25,110 nt of DNA, from IMG/VR virus record IMGVR_UViG_3300020045_011827, positions 1 through 25,110 of that record; one strand, written 5' to 3'. Both the position numbers and the translations under genes were made by a program. Shown here in pieces: positions 1 to 7,937 of the stretch (positions within the stretch are counted from its first letter, which is position 1; each line of letters begins with the position of its first letter). The notes under the pieces were generated by a model that did not search any database, was not told the DNA's origin, and saw nothing but the letters and a program-made list of their open reading frames with translations. The stretch is from a virus (Duplodnaviria > Caudoviricetes).

Positions 1-97
1 CAGGGTCCAACCAAGCCCCGCCACAAGCACTCTCAGCCACCACCGGAGCCCCGGACCACCAACCCATAAAACAACTTAGTTATAGGAGTGAAACGAT

Positions 98-319
98 ATG
101 AGAGATACGAGAACATTCAAAAAAGGTGAGATAGTAATCCTTTACGATGGTGGCACTAGCCGTTCTAGCATAGAGTTAGCAGAAATAGGAGAAGACGCCT
201 GGTACGGCGCTGATACTGTGCTAATCACGTTCGGACATTTTAACACGCGAGCAAGTAAAAGCTCAGTCCATAAAGCACCAGCTACCCTAAAGGCTGCAAT
301 TAAAAAGGCTCGACTATGA
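98..319 (+). CDS. hypothetical protein (73 aa)
   Basis: ORF with SD-like AGGAG upstream; first member of the ATGA-coupled chain. Confidence 0.75.
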   Translation: MRDTRTFKKGEIVILYDGGTSRSSIELAEIGEDAWYGADTVLITFGHFNTRASKSSVHKAPATLKAAIKKARL

Positions 320-360
320 CCCACCCAATAGAAACCCTAGCAGGAAGGAAGATAGTATGA
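316..360 (+). CDS. 14-aa mini-ORF MTHPIETLAGRKIV (possible translational coupler or remnant)
   Basis: Read by eye; ATGA overlap with both the upstream stop and the downstream start; resembles the start of 701..808. Confidence 0.45.
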   Translation: MTHPIETLAGRKIV

Positions 361-704
361 GCATAACTGAGTACAAAATTGATGGTCAAGAGAAATTGTC
401 TAGATACAAAACTCTCCTAAATAAAAATGAGCTATCCTCAGATGAGCTAAAAGAGATTGAGGTAATCGTTGATAAGTTCGGTGAGCATCCTATATTCGTT
501 CAAGCCCGAAAAGATAATTACGATGCGAGAGCCACACACACTGGCTTTGGCGCTCCTAACTGCTCATGCCACATTAACCCACCCTGCCAAGCATGTGTTG
601 ACTGGACAAACTATTGTGATGAGCGTGAGGATGCTGTTGAAGTGAATGGCGAACCTGGTTGCACAGTAATCAGTCATGGATGTAGTGCGGATGGTACAGC
701 ATGA
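357..704 (+). CDS. hypothetical protein with CSCHINPPCxxC Cys/His cluster (putative metal-binding)
   Basis: 115-aa ORF, AGGAAGG upstream, Cys-rich motif. Confidence 0.75.
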   Translation: MSITEYKIDGQEKLSRYKTLLNKNELSSDELKEIEVIVDKFGEHPIFVQARKDNYDARATHTGFGAPNCSCHINPPCQACVDWTNYCDEREDAVEVNGEPGCTVISHGCSADGTA

Positions 705-808
705 ACCCCCTAGAGAAACTAGCAGGTGGTAACTACGACCCAACCCCATCGGAACACGCAAAGAGGATATTGGCACAGATAGTGCTGGAAAGAGAGAAGA
801 AGAAATGA
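701..808 (+). CDS. small hypothetical protein (35 aa, MNPLEKLAGG...)
   Basis: Not in the ORF track; exactly fills the gap with ATGA overlaps on both sides. Confidence 0.65.
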   Translation: MNPLEKLAGGNYDPTPSEHAKRILAQIVLEREKKK

Positions 809-1164
809 GCAAATGTATTTGTGATGATTGTGACCATAAGGTAACTAATGCTGCCGTATGTGAGTTTCACCTTACCCATAAGAGTAGTGAGAAATCACCA
901 CGTACACGCAGACAAATTGCAAAAGAGTTCGGGTGTATAGCAAGAATTGGAGGATGGGGCATAAAAAGCCCTATGGTCAGAATTAAGTGCTATCTAATGC
1001 GATTGAGCGGTCAAAGCTATCCACGACCATCAATAATTATCCCACTAGACGGTTGGGTAACTGACCCAAATGAAATAATTAAAGCAATACGTCTTGATGA
1101 TGAATTGGGTATTTCCGCACACCCTGTAGTGCTGGAACAAAGTAAGAAGGAGGAAGAGCTGTGA
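805..1164 (+). CDS. hypothetical protein with N-terminal Cys/His cluster (CxxxxC...CxxH)
   Basis: 119-aa ORF in the coupled chain. Confidence 0.7.
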   Translation: MSKCICDDCDHKVTNAAVCEFHLTHKSSEKSPRTRRQIAKEFGCIARIGGWGIKSPMVRIKCYLMRLSGQSYPRPSIIIPLDGWVTDPNEIIKAIRLDDELGISAHPVVLEQSKKEEEL

Positions 1165-1451
1165 GCGCATTAGATAGCAACTTAGAGTTCTACAAGTATC
1201 TGCAAGAGCTTGAACCAGAACACCGCTGGATTAAAGACAAAAACGATAACGATGAACTAATCATATTCTTGTATTGGTTTCAAGTTGAGGATTTTCTAAA
1301 ACTGTGGGAAGACCATGCAAGCGTGTTTGATGATGGTGGTATTGAGGCAAAAATAGGTGACGGTTATATTGTTTTTGACATGGGGTACATGCTTGAATAT
1401 GTCGGACTTGACCCAGAGGTAATAGTGCCTAAGGAGGAACCAAAACAATGA
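1161..1451 (+). CDS. acidic hypothetical protein (96 aa)
   Basis: GTG start with AAGGAGG SD, GTGA overlap. Confidence 0.8.
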   Translation: MSALDSNLEFYKYLQELEPEHRWIKDKNDNDELIIFLYWFQVEDFLKLWEDHASVFDDGGIEAKIGDGYIVFDMGYMLEYVGLDPEVIVPKEEPKQ

Positions 1452-1801
1452 GCCACACAGTACATGAGCCAAACCATGCAGGGGTTTGCATCTTTTGCGG
1501 GGAAGATGTTGGCAAAGACACTCCAAATACACCCAAAACCCCCACCCCGATTGTCAGTGATGTGGATGAGCTGAGAGAAGTATCTGTCATCATGAAAGAT
1601 ATACTGCCATTTGCTGTGTATGGGAGAAGCTGGGATATGCTAGAACCCGATGAACTTAGCAAGATTGCAGTGGCACATGTAGAAATGTGTAAACTCATCA
1701 CCGCCTACACCCATGACAGGGAGACTGAGGCCTACCAAAAAGGCTATATAGACGGCGGGATCGCCCAACTCAACCAACCTGACAAAGAGAACACGCTGTG
1801 A
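1448..1801 (+). CDS. hypothetical protein, member of the local DEL...ITAY...AQLNQP paralog set
   Basis: AAGGAGG SD, ATGA overlap; shares short motifs with 2205, 2719 and 3533 ORFs. Confidence 0.75.
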   Translation: MSHTVHEPNHAGVCIFCGEDVGKDTPNTPKTPTPIVSDVDELREVSVIMKDILPFAVYGRSWDMLEPDELSKIAVAHVEMCKLITAYTHDRETEAYQKGYIDGGIAQLNQPDKENTL

Positions 1802-2441
1802 ACATATACTGTACGGGTTGCGAGACTGACGTGGAAGCCCGCCTGACGAATGGCGAAGAACGCTACCCGCACCGCCCCGACTTGTTTGCGATACCATTCT
1901 GGAAGTGCGATACTTGCGGTAATTATGTAGGCTGTCACCACAAGACCAAGACCCCGACTAAGCCGCTCGGCTGTATTGCCACCCCACAGCTACTTGACGC
2001 CCGTAAGAAGATACACGCTCTACTTGACCCATTGTGGCGGAGCAAGCAGATCAAACGGGGGCAAATCTATGCCTACCTTAACCACCGACTAGGGCATGAG
2101 TACCACACGGGCGAGCTACGGACACTGGACGAGGCTCGGGAGGTGTACCGCCTTGTGTTGGCTCTGCGTGATGAATTAGACCAACCTAACCAAGAAGGGC
2201 AACTATGAATCAATCAGAACGTATAGACGACTTAATACTACAAGCCAGGACAGACCACACTCAAGCTGGAACCGATGGAGTCAAAGCTCAAATCGAGCAG
2301 ATGATAGTTGAGGCACAAATCGAGGTGCTCGACAGAGTGTATGTAGTTTATAAAACACCGAGCAAAGAGTCTGGCTATCTAGGACTTGAGCATATCATTG
2401 AACATGCAAAAGCAGATCTCAAAGCCCAACTCAACCAACCT
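1763..2441 (+). repeat. 18-bp exact direct repeat GCCCAACTCAACCAACCT at 1763-1780 and 2424-2441, with a partial copy at 2180-2189
   Basis: Direct reading; each copy lies just before an ORF stop and the next RBS. Confidence 0.85.
1798..2208 (+). CDS. DUF3268-like zinc-finger protein
   Basis: CxxC...YPHRPDL...WxCxxCxxYVGCH...PLG...HxxxDPLW...HxG pattern typical of the family. Confidence 0.8.
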   Translation: MNIYCTGCETDVEARLTNGEERYPHRPDLFAIPFWKCDTCGNYVGCHHKTKTPTKPLGCIATPQLLDARKKIHALLDPLWRSKQIKRGQIYAYLNHRLGHEYHTGELRTLDEAREVYRLVLALRDELDQPNQEGQL

Positions 2442-2453
2442 AAAGAGGAGTAA
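2205..2453 (+). CDS. hypothetical protein (NQSE...AQLNQPKEE paralog set)
   Basis: 82-aa ORF, ATGA overlap. Confidence 0.75.
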   Translation: MNQSERIDDLILQARTDHTQAGTDGVKAQIEQMIVEAQIEVLDRVYVVYKTPSKESGYLGLEHIIEHAKADLKAQLNQPKEE

Positions 2454-2458
2454 TTATA

Positions 2459-2722
2459 GTGAGCCAACCAGACCCTAAATATTTAGCATCTACCCCATAC
2501 ACTTTCTTTGATGGGTTTATAGAACGACAGAACAATAGGGGTATTGACGTATCCCCAGAGCTTCTGCGGGTAAACGATGAGTTGAAGCACAAAGAAGAAG
2601 CAAGGCGAAGATATGGCAAACGAGACTTTTGGTGCAGGATAGGTTTTCATATCAGGGAGCGGGCATGGTATGGCAGTACTATCCCAGGAACGTGCGTTAA
2701 GTGTTGGAGGAGCTATCTATGA
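2459..2722 (+). CDS. hypothetical protein with C-terminal WCxxGxH...CxxC zinc-binding-like motif
   Basis: GTG start after GAGGAG; Cys/His motif. Confidence 0.7.
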   Translation: MSQPDPKYLASTPYTFFDGFIERQNNRGIDVSPELLRVNDELKHKEEARRRYGKRDFWCRIGFHIRERAWYGSTIPGTCVKCWRSYL

Positions 2723-3036
2723 CCACCCTGCCTCCCACAGATAAAGGAGATGAGCTAGACAAAAAGATAGATGAATTACTGCTATTTGCCGCTGTCCAAG
2801 GAGCCCTCACGGTTGAGGATATGCGGCATGGTATGTACGGTGCTGTGAATTACGGTACATTCCATTCTTCAATGTCAAAACTGATTGAAACCGAGAAGAA
2901 GAAAGCAGTCCAAGCCTTCGGGGAGAAGGTGCTGGAAGGAAGACAATGGCTTGCTTACGATGACTCTGAGGGTGAACCAATAGACGCTGTTCCTGTATCA
3001 GTTATAACCCTACTAATGAATGGAGATGTGAAATGA
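2719..3036 (+). CDS. hypothetical protein (start revised to ATG 2719, MTTLPPTDKGDEL...)
   Basis: GGAGG at 2706-2710 and ATGA overlap favour 2719 over 2701. Confidence 0.75.
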   Translation: MTTLPPTDKGDELDKKIDELLLFAAVQGALTVEDMRHGMYGAVNYGTFHSSMSKLIETEKKKAVQAFGEKVLEGRQWLAYDDSEGEPIDAVPVSVITLLMNGDVK

Positions 3037-3230
3037 GTAAAGCCTCTGAACAAATGGATATTATGACAAAAGATGATATTCAAGCAAACCCTTGTGGTTT
3101 CTGTTATGCCTGTAATTGGGAGGGACAGGTAGATTGCTACGATGGAAATCCAGCACAATGTTCTATATGCCGTCTTTTATTACGAGTCATTGATAAATGT
3201 GAGGAGTCTCAAAATGACACAGCTCAATGA
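3033..3230 (+). CDS. small Cys-rich hypothetical protein (65 aa)
   Basis: GGAG SD, ATGA overlap, two CxxC pairs. Confidence 0.7.
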   Translation: MSKASEQMDIMTKDDIQANPCGFCYACNWEGQVDCYDGNPAQCSICRLLLRVIDKCEESQNDTAQ

Positions 3231-3327
3231 TATATCAAAGAAACCCGAAAATGTTAACACGTCGCCTGAACATGTTAAGGCGGTTAATATATCCACGCTT
3301 AAAGCCAGCGGGAAGGAGCAAAAGTGA
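3214..3327 (+). CDS. small hypothetical protein (37 aa, MTQLNDISKK...)
   Basis: GAGGAG at 3201-3206 before ATG 3214; GTGA overlap with next gene. Confidence 0.55.
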   Translation: MTQLNDISKKPENVNTSPEHVKAVNISTLKASGKEQK

Positions 3328-3536
3328 TGAGTATTTGGCCAGAATGGGCAAGACGACAAATGGCTGAACAGAAACTCAAACATGTACTAAACAGTCCTTA
3401 TGCCGATCAGGACGAAGTAGCGGCTGCAAAAGAGGCTATACTCCGGAAATTACACAAGGATGAAGTAGAGCATCGTCTGAAGATACAAGCTAAAGTCGAT
3501 AGATATGAGTCAGTCCTAGATGGGAGGTTCAAATGA
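3324..3536 (+). CDS. hypothetical helical protein (70 aa)
   Basis: AAGGAG SD, coupled chain. Confidence 0.75.
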   Translation: MMSIWPEWARRQMAEQKLKHVLNSPYADQDEVAAAKEAILRKLHKDEVEHRLKIQAKVDRYESVLDGRFK

Positions 3537-3958
3537 CCAGCCCTGACACACACAACCAGAGTGAGCTAAGAACGCAGTTAAATAAGTATCGCACCTGGTC
3601 GGAATCTGTAGTGCTGGGCACTACCTTGCAACTCAAACCTAAAGAATCGTTAGATGATAAAGAAATACTAGCCTTTATCACCGCCAACTACACGCCAAAA
3701 GATTTAACGGACGAAAAGAAACATTTAACATCTACCCCCGATGAAAGCGAAGAAACATTTAACAATCCACCGAAACAAGATTTAACATCGGATAACCAGA
3801 GTGAGCTAGAGCGAACCGTTTCACTAGCCGTAAGAAGATGTGGTGGTCGCGGAATGTTCAGTGAAGTAGAAAGAATTTCGAATATCGTGAAGTACGTTAC
3901 TGCCAACTACACCCCCAACGATGAAGTGGAGCGGCTTGTGCGTGAGGCAAAGTCATGA
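3533..3958 (+). CDS. hypothetical protein made of two NQSEL-variable-TANYTP units
   Basis: GGAGG SD; internal direct repeats at DNA and protein level. Confidence 0.7.
   Translation: MTSPDTHNQSELRTQLNKYRTWSESVVLGTTLQLKPKESLDDKEILAFITANYTPKDLTDEKKHLTSTPDESEETFNNPPKQDLTSDNQSELERTVSLAVRRCGGRGMFSEVERISNIVKYVTANYTPNDEVERLVREAKS
3554..3912 (+). repeat. internal repeats: AACCAGAGTGAGCTA (3554, 3794), GCCAACTACAC (3683, 3902), ATTTAAC x4 (3702, 3723, 3757, 3780)
   Basis: Direct reading of exact copies. Confidence 0.85.
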
Positions 3959-4059
3959 CTGACCCACTATTCGACATAGAGTGTGCTGTGGCCGCAGGGA
4001 TAATAACATGGCAAGAAATAGCTAACGCACCAATAATAGATATGACAGGGGAAGATTAG
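3955..4059 (+). CDS. small hypothetical protein (34 aa, MTDPLFDIECAVAAG...)
   Basis: Read by eye; ATGA overlap upstream, stop abuts ATG 4060. Confidence 0.6.
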   Translation: MTDPLFDIECAVAAGIITWQEIANAPIIDMTGED

Positions 4060-4581
4060 ATGGGGTTTCCTAAAGGTACAAAATTAGGTAAACATAAACG
4101 TAATGAGAGGGGCGAACTACTGAATAGAGATGGCTCGTTATATAGAGTTGTGCCAAATCAAGGCCAATTTAGAAAAGGAAAACGTGCCTCTCCTATGACT
4201 GAGTTCAAAAAGGGTCAAACACCATTCAACAAAGAGAAGCATTGGGATGAGTGGCTACCAAAAGGCTCTCAAGAAAAAGTCTTGTCTACTACATTCAAGA
4301 AAGGGCAGTTACCACATACCGCTAAACCAGAGGGTACGGTTGTGCGTACCGAACGATTGCGTAAAAATGGTTACAAGGAAGTAAATTGGACTATCAATAT
4401 TGACTGGCATGGCAATCGCAAGCCTCACAACTCATACAAATGGTATTTATGGGAGATTGAGAACCAACAGGATAGACCAAATGGGATGGTGCTTTGGCTA
4501 AAAAATGGTAATGTCGATGATATGAGAATAGAGAACTTTGAGCTAATTGGTCGAGCAGAATTATTGCGCCGAAATAGTTAG
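4060..4581 (+). CDS. HNH endonuclease-like protein with FxKG repeats, degenerate active site
   Basis: Repeated FPKG/FRKG/FKKG motifs; C-terminal WE...P.G.V...KNGN...ENFELI.RAEL..RN resembles phage HNH_3 proteins. Confidence 0.7.
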   Translation: MGFPKGTKLGKHKRNERGELLNRDGSLYRVVPNQGQFRKGKRASPMTEFKKGQTPFNKEKHWDEWLPKGSQEKVLSTTFKKGQLPHTAKPEGTVVRTERLRKNGYKEVNWTINIDWHGNRKPHNSYKWYLWEIENQQDRPNGMVLWLKNGNVDDMRIENFELIGRAELLRRNS

Positions 4582-4610
4582 TAGACAAATAATAAAACAT
4601 AAGCCACAAT
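4582..4610 (+). promoter_or_regulatory. putative sigma70-type promoter for the replication genes
   Basis: TAGACA-17 bp-CACAAT in the AT-rich gap, 10 nt before ATG 4621. Confidence 0.45.
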
Positions 4611-4620
4611 GGGGGTACTA

Positions 4621-6024
4621 ATGGCTAAAGACGAAATATCAACAGTTGAGGGTAAAATGAATCTCAAGCAGGAACAAGTGGCGAAAGTTAATACTCGTCA
4701 CAGGATAGTTCGTTTCAGAGGTGCGGTGTTATATGCCAACAATGGGTGGGAGATATTATCATCTGATGAGTTCTCTCGTATATGCTATGCCGTTTTGGGA
4801 GCAGGGGTAAGAAACACCCAGATTAAAGATTTGCAACATTATTTTTTCACTAACTCAGAGGATTTAACAAAATATGCTCACCTAATAGCTATGGCTGATG
4901 GCCAGGTATGGGATATGAAAAAGCTCAAGTTTACGGATGCTATCTCACCTGAGGATTGTATCTATGCCACAGCGGTAAGCCCAACTGACGGTAACTCTCA
5001 CCGTGAATGGTTAGAGCAAGTAACGCTTGGGGACAAAGACCTAGCAGACGATATAATCAAAGCTATCGCCCCTGTATTCATGTATAAGAAACCCTTTGGC
5101 GTGTTCTGGTTTCTGGGTCGTGGTGCGAATGGAAAGTCAACCGTTCTGAAAGCCCTATATGCAATATTTGGGTCAACTGCCCCATATACTAACAACCGCT
5201 GGTTCAGCCAGCTCACAGTCAAGCAGATTGAAGATGAGCGTGATATGCCGGTCATCAACGGTAAGCTTGGCAATATCTGTCTTGAGAGTAATGACGGCCA
5301 TATCAAAGACACTGGTGGCTATAAAAACTTAGCTGAACACTCCACGTTTAATGTTCATAAGTTCAATAGTCAGGATGGCGTAATAGTCGATGGCAACGTC
5401 CACACGATATTTAACGCCAACAACATACCGACTTTCGCTGATAAAACTCAAGGTGTCAGGCGCAGGACATTTACCATACCGTTCAATGCGAGTTTCCCAC
5501 AGGACAATACGTTCGATGAGCGATTGTTTAACAATGATAACTTTTTGTCAGATTTACTCGGCGAGATACTACGAATGACTAAAATACTAGCCAATAATAA
5601 ATATGACTATGATTTCAGTGAGCAAACTCTCAAGGCCAAAGAGGATTACGATGAGGAAGTCAACACGGCTGAAACCTATTTCGAGGAACTGGTTAAAAGT
5701 GAGATATGGGGCTTCACTAACTTCACTGACCTGACGAAAGACTATTGGAAATGGTGTGATGAGCGAAGCTATACTGCTCTTGGCAAGAAATCTATCGCTC
5801 ATGCTGCTAAAACATTTGGCTTTGAACGTAAAATATTCAAAGGCATTGATAATAGACCAACTAATCGTTACGTCCTAAAAGACCATGACCCTAAAGAACT
5901 ATTAGAGTTGCCTACACAATTAGGACGATGGGGCATGTTCCAAAAAGCAGATTCCAAAATAGAGCTTGAAATGGCTAGTACCACTGATACGACACTTAAC
6001 AGCTTATTGGATTTGCTGCCATGA
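4621..6024 (+). CDS. D5-like superfamily 3 helicase (primase-helicase C-terminal type; alternative start 4609)
   Basis: Walker A GRGANGKS, motif C region IFNANNIP, VRRR arginine motif followed by IPFNASF, C-terminal winged-helix-like region. Confidence 0.85.
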   Translation: MAKDEISTVEGKMNLKQEQVAKVNTRHRIVRFRGAVLYANNGWEILSSDEFSRICYAVLGAGVRNTQIKDLQHYFFTNSEDLTKYAHLIAMADGQVWDMKKLKFTDAISPEDCIYATAVSPTDGNSHREWLEQVTLGDKDLADDIIKAIAPVFMYKKPFGVFWFLGRGANGKSTVLKALYAIFGSTAPYTNNRWFSQLTVKQIEDERDMPVINGKLGNICLESNDGHIKDTGGYKNLAEHSTFNVHKFNSQDGVIVDGNVHTIFNANNIPTFADKTQGVRRRTFTIPFNASFPQDNTFDERLFNNDNFLSDLLGEILRMTKILANNKYDYDFSEQTLKAKEDYDEEVNTAETYFEELVKSEIWGFTNFTDLTKDYWKWCDERSYTALGKKSIAHAAKTFGFERKIFKGIDNRPTNRYVLKDHDPKELLELPTQLGRWGMFQKADSKIELEMASTTDTTLNSLLDLLP

Positions 6025-6767
6025 CATTAAAAGAAAGCTTTGAAAGCTATATCCACTACCCGTGGGATGAGTTTGTCGAGATAGAAAAAGGGGATAGCCA
6101 ATCAATTGACGACAGTACCCTCATATCTCTCATTAGAGTATGCACTGATACAGATGATATATCAGCTATCAAGATGTCATTTGACCGTATTGACGATATG
6201 CTCGAAACGCCAGTACAGATTAAAGTACCAAAGTTCTACATTCGCTACACGAACGCAAAAGAAATCGAGCAAAGTGATACAAAGCAACTAGAGGCTGCCA
6301 GTGCCGTTTCTGATGATAAGACTACCACTTATGACCCTGCAACTGCGAAACTGCGGGAAACCTTACGAGAAATGCGTGGTATGCCACAAGGAATCGTACC
6401 AGCTATACTGAAAGTCAAAATAGCAGTTGATGAGGGTAAAACTATCAACATTGAGAATGGCAAAATGCCACAAGTCAAACATGTTATTGTCGCAAACCTA
6501 CTGAAAAACGTCAGGAATGGCAAGTTCAAAGCTATCGAGCTGGTATTTGACCAAATTGACGGTAAGCTTACTCGCACAATCGCACTACTTGGTGGTGATG
6601 ATGTCTATGTTGACGACCCAGTACCACTGATTGCACCAGCAGGAGCAACAAAAGACGCTAATGGCTATTACATAGCCGAGAATAAACTGATGACAACAGC
6701 ATGGATTAGAGGGTTTGCCAATAATCAAAAGGGGTTAGAAATACTAACAAAGGGGTTAGAAGAATGA
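6021..6767 (+). CDS. putative terminase small subunit-like protein with a duplicated motif
   Basis: Two copies of AI(K/E)xxFD(R/Q)IDxxL, similar to the AIKExxDRxxGK motif of TerS-like proteins. Confidence 0.45.
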   Translation: MTLKESFESYIHYPWDEFVEIEKGDSQSIDDSTLISLIRVCTDTDDISAIKMSFDRIDDMLETPVQIKVPKFYIRYTNAKEIEQSDTKQLEAASAVSDDKTTTYDPATAKLRETLREMRGMPQGIVPAILKVKIAVDEGKTINIENGKMPQVKHVIVANLLKNVRNGKFKAIELVFDQIDGKLTRTIALLGGDDVYVDDPVPLIAPAGATKDANGYYIAENKLMTTAWIRGFANNQKGLEILTKGLEE

Positions 6768-7054
6768 GTAAAGAAAGCGACTTTGAGGGTGAGTTTTGCA
6801 CTTGGTTAAAACGTAATGGGTGCTTCATAATAAAAAATAATGCGAGTGCCGGCGTGCCTGTTGGGACACCAGACCGCACCGTTTTAATGCCTGGTGGTGG
6901 CTGGGCTATGCTTGAGTTCAAGAAGTCGGCCAAAGAACGGTTTCAGCCACTCCAAAAGGCTCAACTAAAGCGGTTAGACGGTATGTGGTATGCCAGAGCC
7001 GTTTACCCAGAAAATAGTGAACAGATAAAAAAAGAGATTGAGGATATGCTATGA
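6764..7054 (+). CDS. VRR-NUC domain nuclease (resolvase-like)
   Basis: KESDFE...GTPD...LEFK...QPLQ PD-(D/E)xK pattern, 96 aa. Confidence 0.85.
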   Translation: MSKESDFEGEFCTWLKRNGCFIIKNNASAGVPVGTPDRTVLMPGGGWAMLEFKKSAKERFQPLQKAQLKRLDGMWYARAVYPENSEQIKKEIEDML

Positions 7055-7209
7055 CACCAGATAAATGTGTAACTGGTAAGAAGAAATCAAATTACGCGCA
7101 AGCTAAAAAAGAGGCTCGATATATGAAACGCCACCTGAAATATCCCGATTCGTCACCTGTGCCATATAAGTGTAAGACCTGTAATTGTTGGCATGTAGGT
7201 AACATATAA
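7051..7209 (+). CDS. small zinc-finger protein (52 aa)
   Basis: Read by eye: MTPDKCVTGKKK...PYKCKTCNCWHVG; overlaps both neighbours. Confidence 0.75.
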   Translation: MTPDKCVTGKKKSNYAQAKKEARYMKRHLKYPDSSPVPYKCKTCNCWHVGNI

Positions 7210-7811
7210 TGATAGTTATACATGATGTTGAGCAGGGTGATGAAGCGTGGCATAAGCTCCATGACGGTTTATGGACAGGCTCAACTGCCACAAATCTATT
7301 GCAAAATAGACCGTTACCAGAATGGAATACCTTTGCTGGCAACAAATGGACGAAGCGTGGCAAGCTATTAGAGCATGTAGCCATTAGAGAATACACCGTA
7401 GCCAGTGGTGGTATCGACATTATGACACTGGGATTTGTGACAAACACCGATTACCCTAATGCTGGCTATAGTCCAGATGGTATACACGGCGACACGCTTA
7501 TTGAGGTGAAATGTCTAAATGGTGAGGCACACGAAGCATTGGTAAGGGGTGAGATACCACTCAAGTTCCAAGTACAGATTTACTTTGGGTTAGTTATTTG
7601 TGAGCTTAAAAACGCTAAACTACTAGCCTTTAACCCTGAGTACGAACAACAACTCACGATTATTGATATACCGTATGATGAGAAAATCATCGAGAATATC
7701 AGACAAAAATTACTGAAATTACCAACGAGCAGCATACGGTCACCCGACGACATGCTCAGGCGGGGGGACGAACCCTCTATCATGCCAGCCCTTGACCAAC
7801 TCAGCTCGTAA
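7209..7811 (+). CDS. YqaJ-like (lambda-exonuclease family) recombination nuclease
   Basis: QG..AW, TGS, RGxxLE, SPDG, IEVKC and Q motifs. Confidence 0.88.
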   Translation: MIVIHDVEQGDEAWHKLHDGLWTGSTATNLLQNRPLPEWNTFAGNKWTKRGKLLEHVAIREYTVASGGIDIMTLGFVTNTDYPNAGYSPDGIHGDTLIEVKCLNGEAHEALVRGEIPLKFQVQIYFGLVICELKNAKLLAFNPEYEQQLTIIDIPYDEKIIENIRQKLLKLPTSSIRSPDDMLRRGDEPSIMPALDQLSS

Positions 7812-7937
7812 GTATTCCTTACGCGTTGCCTCATATCGTAGCGTCTGCTCGGCTAGATGGCCCGAAGTGAACAACCGCGCCATTTCCTCGGCTAAGTGGC
7901 TTATGCGGGTGTTCTGCGCTTCGTGCCAGCTTTCCAC
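7740..7937 (-). CDS. hypothetical protein (65 aa)
   Basis: GTG start directly after the upstream stop; last gene of the - strand block. Confidence 0.55.
   Translation of the reverse strand: MESWHEAQNTRISHLAEEMARLFTSGHLAEQTLRYEATRKEYLRAELVKGWHDRGFVPPPEHVVG

Noticed and set aside
1-97. C-rich 5' edge as a repeat or RNA element
   Set aside because: Too short and truncated; could simply be the end of an upstream ORF
1763-3912. CRISPR array interpretation of the early-region repeats
   Set aside because: Repeats are short, irregularly spaced by hundreds of bases, embedded in ORFs, and no cas genes are present
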